From a virus (lineage: Duplodnaviria; Caudoviricetes): a stretch of DNA of 64,000 nucleotides. The position numbers and the translations under genes were made by a program. Below, piece after piece: positions 61,001 through 64,000 of this stretch (position 1 is its first letter; every line of letters starts with the position of its first letter). The DNA lies in the IMG/VR virus record IMGVR_UViG_3300029305_004466. One strand, given 5' to 3'. The notes under the pieces are model-generated. The model saw only the letters and a list, made by a program, of their open reading frames with translations, did no database searches and had not been told where the DNA came from.

Positions 61001-61545
61001 TTATAGACATCAAGAAAGAGAAGGAGTTAAAAATGTTAGGAGAGGCAACTCCAAGACAATTCCCACTTAAAGAAAAAGATTATAAGCGTAAAGATAAACT
61101 TGCACTTGAGAAATTTTACATGGGCAGTTATATATCTGAACATCCATTGGATAGTTTCGCTTATGAAGATTTCCAGAGTGCCAATGAAAATCAGTTAATA
61201 AAGAGTACATTTATAGTAAGTGCTGCTTCTCTTAAGGAAACAAAAAAGAAAAAGAAGTATTTATCCATTAAGTGTACTGATAAAACTGATTCGGAAACAA
61301 CTATTAATGTCTTCAATGAAAATTTAGCGTTAACTCTTAAATCTGATATTAAAAAGAACAGCATTATAATTGTTGAAGGAAATGTAAACCATCAGTTCAA
61401 CAATATAAATGCTAAGAATGTTAAGATAGCAATGAAAAAGATTGTAGATACTGAAGACATGGATATTCCAGAATATGAAAGAATAGATGAAACTCCTGTA
61501 TCTCAGGAACCAGAAGATGTTTTAAAGAGTATCTTTGGAATATAA
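58072..61545 (+). CDS. dnaE: DNA polymerase III alpha subunit (family C)
   Basis: PHP HIHCH/TDHG/SDSH, GPGRGSAA, PDIDTD, HAGG, KIDALGL, YSFNKSH. Confidence 0.96.
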   Translation: MSKIDFAHIHCHTCYSIQDAMPQLKDYVNAIYKQNQNSSKYNIVGFAMTDHGVLHGITDHYRACNEPDFPERKTKALYGIEVYHCEDINNNPNKDRFHLVLIAKDDTGLHNIYKIASHAGMNLIEGRQKNFPTTDFNFLKAHGKGIIASSACLGGIIPKLITDGRYDDAKSWAISFREIFDEFYLEIQALDCTEQLIVNAGLVQMSNETGIPLVITSDSHYINKGDAAYHNILKDISHQLKFSEPAHLKTPEELEDYCMLHNIPLSCLSNTGVIASHCTANPKPVNNRYLLPVFPCPQGYTEETYLRKLAFEELKKKLIKNKIPNPTKYIKEMLYELEVICNAGYAGYFLILWDWFKWCRENDILTGPGRGSAAASIVSYALDITKVDPVKNGFIFERFLNPGRLSFPDIDTDIPRSKRGEAIAYLQQRYGFDNVSQIITFGKYKLKNVTKDVMSNLGCPFQEANAITKDIPDMIDGKEVTWDLIEGIATDPSNEKYTNFTEQEKAQVANIYNKYQDLFRKYPTVYDAIKSICGCIKSTGIHAGGVIVCREPIKNHMGILAPTGSAVLPIIQIAMNDLEFYGFLKIDALGLSTLDVIKEAMDLAGLDYDWYDSEDYSDSKVYEMLRNDETTDIFQMAGYMATKLINDFKVDDIEGLTAVNAGNRPGPLEKDPKTGKSMTDLYTERRQTGVVPSIDPRIDPLLTKTFGCIWYQEDCMNLGKVMAGYDAGGADSRIRTVLGKKKMKMIPEIRNEFVYGKASIFNEKHEVTGMSEDNSKWCAGAINHGFSEELAKQIFESMEAFAKYSFNKSHAFCYAVVAYKTAYLSLYYPVEFAIANCTVNEEEEKIVATLSLAKKRKIPVLAPDINKSGTGFSYEMDGVKECVRYGLKAIKGVGAKVVEFISKYKQLTKTTFADFDDFYNKIHADDAIVNNLVNEIRVQTGKNSPNPMKKDVEVALILSGAFDYCEPNRYKLLNHYVIDIKKEKELKMLGEATPRQFPLKEKDYKRKDKLALEKFYMGSYISEHPLDSFAYEDFQSANENQLIKSTFIVSAASLKETKKKKKYLSIKCTDKTDSETTINVFNENLALTLKSDIKKNSIIIVEGNVNHQFNNINAKNVKIAMKKIVDTEDMDIPEYERIDETPVSQEPEDVLKSIFGI

Positions 61546-61549
61546 AAAA

Positions 61550-61578
61550 TTGCTTCCTGTAACATTTTGTGATAGAAT
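61550..61578 (+). promoter_or_regulatory. sigma-A-type promoter with inverted ACAAAATGTTACA operator
   Basis: TTGCTT-17-TAGAAT; TGTAACATTTTGT in spacer. Confidence 0.6.
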
Positions 61579-61611
61579 AGTATTATCACATTGAAAGAGT
61601 AGGTGTATTAA

Positions 61612-61872
61612 ATGCAGAATGAAATTGACGCAGGTTTAATGAATTATATGTTATCCAATGCATACAAACTTCATAAAACAGGTTTAAAAGCCCAGAAGCC
61701 ATTACCAGTTGATGACTTGAATCCAGATGAAGCAATCAAAGTGGCAAATGAATTGATTGAAGTATTGGCAAGGCACAATCTGTCTTATAAAAATGCATAT
61801 AGAATATCGCTTGCTCTTACAACAGCATTAGCTGAAGGTGGTGTAGAGCTTTACAAAAGCGAACATCAATAA
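61612..61872 (+). CDS. hypothetical protein
   Basis: 86 aa ORF. Confidence 0.65.
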   Translation: MQNEIDAGLMNYMLSNAYKLHKTGLKAQKPLPVDDLNPDEAIKVANELIEVLARHNLSYKNAYRISLALTTALAEGGVELYKSEHQ

Positions 61873-61927
61873 ACAAAATCCCTTCGGGATTATAATATAA
61901 ATATTTATTTTAAAGGAGTGAGACATC

Positions 61928-62506
61928 ATGTTAAACATGAACAACATTTGTATCTTCGAAGGAAGAACAACAAGCAACCAGAAATTTTCACAGTTTAACG
62001 GACAAAACGGACCAGTAGATAAGGCGAACTTCAGTATTTCTGTACCAAGAATACTGAGTGCTCAGCAGAAGCAGGACCCAAATGCTAAAAAGGTAGACTT
62101 TATCAATTGTTCTATGATTGGTGCTCAGGTTAAAACCTTACAGCAGCATTTCCCAGCTGGAACACCTATTAAGGTTGTTGCAAAGTACACTGAATATGAA
62201 ACAGTTGACAGTGCTACAGGACAGAAGAAATACGGCAACATCTTCGAAGTAGAAAGCATCGGTTTCGTAACTACTCCAGCACAGAATCAGGGACAGAATG
62301 GTAACGGTGGTAACTATCAGCAGAACAATGGCGGATATCAACAGAATAACAACGGTTATCAGGCTCCTCAGAATAACGGTGGATATCAGCAGAATTATCA
62401 GCAACCTGCACAGAACCAGCCACAGCAGAACTATATGGGACAGCCACAGCAGAATGCACAGCAGGGCAACTTCCAGATGTTCGGAGAAGATAACTTCCCA
62501 TTTTAA
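61928..62506 (+). CDS. ssb: single-stranded DNA-binding protein
   Basis: OB fold (NICIFEGR, ANFSISV, VDFINC), Q/N/G-rich linker, EDNFPF C-terminus. Confidence 0.85.
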   Translation: MLNMNNICIFEGRTTSNQKFSQFNGQNGPVDKANFSISVPRILSAQQKQDPNAKKVDFINCSMIGAQVKTLQQHFPAGTPIKVVAKYTEYETVDSATGQKKYGNIFEVESIGFVTTPAQNQGQNGNGGNYQQNNGGYQQNNNGYQAPQNNGGYQQNYQQPAQNQPQQNYMGQPQQNAQQGNFQMFGEDNFPF

Positions 62507-62522
62507 TTAAAGGAGAGCAGAC

Positions 62523-62873
62523 ATGAATAATAATAAAAATGCAGTAGTAGATATGCTATTTTATTACATTCATTCTCTCATCAGACAAGGTGTTGAAGAC
62601 CCTTTACAAGTTGTCGCTACTGAACTTCCAGAAATGATTCACTGTTCTATGGAACAGATAGAATACGTTAAAATGAATGTTCTGCAAGACGGCAAATTGG
62701 TAGATAATCTTGACTCCTCTATAGGACTTCTTAGTTCTATGGAGGAGTCTAAATCTTTAGACTTGGAAAGTATAAAGATTATAAAGGGCATCCTTGAAAT
62801 TATGAGAGATAATGCAAAGGAATCTTTAGAGAAAGTGTTTGGTGAAGAAAATGACGACAGTGACGAAGAATGA
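62523..62873 (+). CDS. hypothetical protein
   Basis: AAGGAG RBS. Confidence 0.7.
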   Translation: MNNNKNAVVDMLFYYIHSLIRQGVEDPLQVVATELPEMIHCSMEQIEYVKMNVLQDGKLVDNLDSSIGLLSSMEESKSLDLESIKIIKGILEIMRDNAKESLEKVFGEENDDSDEE

Positions 62874-62997
62874 GGAATTTGACCGTTCTGAAGATTTTAG
62901 TCCAGAAGAAATGTATGATGAAGAGCCCGAATACAGATATGTATCTCTTGAAGATAAATTAAGAGATGTTGGTATGAGTATTCGTGACTTTATTTAG
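62851..62997 (+). CDS. small acidic protein (48 aa)
   Basis: ATG 62851 to TAG 62995-62997. Confidence 0.5.
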   Translation: MTTVTKNEEFDRSEDFSPEEMYDEEPEYRYVSLEDKLRDVGMSIRDFI

Positions 62998-63006
62998 GAG
63001 GTAAAC

Positions 63007-64000
63007 ATGGATAACGATAAGCAAAAAGCTCTTAATGATGCTATGAGCAAAATCAATAAAAAGTTTGGAGCTGGTACAGTAACTACAGCCAGCAATGCAA
63101 AAGATAAGCTTACCAAAAGAACCATTAAAACTCCTTCCATTGAGTTTAATAATATGTTAGGTGGCGGTATGAAAGCATTTATTGAACTTTATGGACCGCC
63201 AAGTTCCGGTAAGACTAGTATGGCTATTGAAACGCTTGCGTATAACCAGAAGTTAGACCCTAACTTTGTTGGTGCATGGCTTGAAACAGAAGGTTCTGTT
63301 ACTGAAGAAATTCTTGCTTTGCATGGTGTTGACTTAAATCGTCTTGTATATTGGAATCAGGAAGACGTAGGAGATGCAGAAAATGCATTGGATGTTATTC
63401 GTTCTCTTGTTTCCTCTGGTGCTGTAGATTTGGTAATCGTAAATAGTATTGCAGGTCTGGCACCTAAGACAGAAATGGAAGATGATTTGGAAAAGCAGAA
63501 CATTGCTCTTGTAGCAAGACTGTTAAGTAAATTCTTCAGAGTTATTACTGGTGCAGCGAATAAGAACAAAGTAACTATGATTTTTATCAATCAGGTAAGA
63601 GATAAAGTTGGTGTAATGTTCGGTAATCCAGAAACAACTACTGGTGGACGAGCTATTCCATTCTACATGTCTCAGAGAGTAAGAATGAACAGCCTTAAGA
63701 TTATGGCTGCCGACCCTATTGATGAAAATGAAGGCGTAAAGATTTCCTGTATTGTACAGAAAAACAGATTCGGTAATCCGGGTAACAAAGCCACTTATTA
63801 TGCTAACTATAAGACTGGTATTGATAATATTGTTGTCTTACCTGCATTGTTACAGGAAGCTGGTATTGTAAGACAGGCTGGTGCATGGTGGTATTATGAA
63901 GACGCTAATGGACATCCGTATACAGTTAACGGTGTTGAATGTAAGTTCAAGTCAAAGAATGCTTTCCTTGATGAGTTAAGAACAAATGATGTATTAAGAG
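63007..64000 (+). CDS. recA: RecA recombinase (runs off the window end)
   Basis: MDNDKQKAL...KKFGAG, ELYGPPSSGKTS, FINQVRDKVGVMFGNPETTTGGRA. Confidence 0.95.
   Translation, partial: MDNDKQKALNDAMSKINKKFGAGTVTTASNAKDKLTKRTIKTPSIEFNNMLGGGMKAFIELYGPPSSGKTSMAIETLAYNQKLDPNFVGAWLETEGSVTEEILALHGVDLNRLVYWNQEDVGDAENALDVIRSLVSSGAVDLVIVNSIAGLAPKTEMEDDLEKQNIALVARLLSKFFRVITGAANKNKVTMIFINQVRDKVGVMFGNPETTTGGRAIPFYMSQRVRMNSLKIMAADPIDENEGVKISCIVQKNRFGNPGNKATYYANYKTGIDNIVVLPALLQEAGIVRQAGAWWYYEDANGHPYTVNGVECKFKSKNAFLDELRTNDVLR

Noticed and set aside
36441-61545. Inteins or introns in nrdD, the SNF2 helicase or dnaE
   Set aside because: Lengths are normal, frames are continuous and no splice-junction motifs were seen
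62280-62470. Repetitive DNA in the ssb 3' half
   Set aside because: Explained by the Q/N/G-rich SSB linker

Overview
Fragment of a large, AT-rich dsDNA phage of Firmicutes, most likely Clostridia/Lachnospiraceae (Spo0A, MCP and a double-OB SSB point that way). It covers the early/middle region: nearly all genes are on the + strand and no virion genes are recognisable. Contents: a YonO-like single-chain two-barrel RNA polymerase with a candidate hairpin promoter (CCC[R]TTCGGG-N7-TAG); an ADP-ribosylation writer/eraser cluster; a ~6.6 kb RNA island with 9 canonical tRNAs (a tenth lies at 23.9 kb), several tRNA mimics and a ROOL-like large RNA; nucleotide metabolism genes (dut, nrdDG); a replisome (DnaE, clamp, three SSBs, RecA, SNF2); a MoxR/VWA pair; and cell-wall hydrolases. 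The best candidate for a new system is at 20.8-23.1 kb. A stand-alone Cas7/RAMP-like gene is preceded by structured RNA cassettes made of 5-nt repeats (NN + NYA). Reading only the NN dinucleotides as codon positions 1-2 gives (M/I)(F/L)QFYGANRTGRWA, a phage family-A DNA polymerase motif, and on the opposite strand QYxQIGN(T/A)VPP, C5-methyltransferase motif X. This suggests an RNA-guided system that skips the wobble base and targets competing mobile elements. A second candidate is a ~830 nt minus-strand noncoding transcript with a cis-antisense RNA at 27.6-28.5 kb. All family assignments come from motif recognition by eye; no searches were run.
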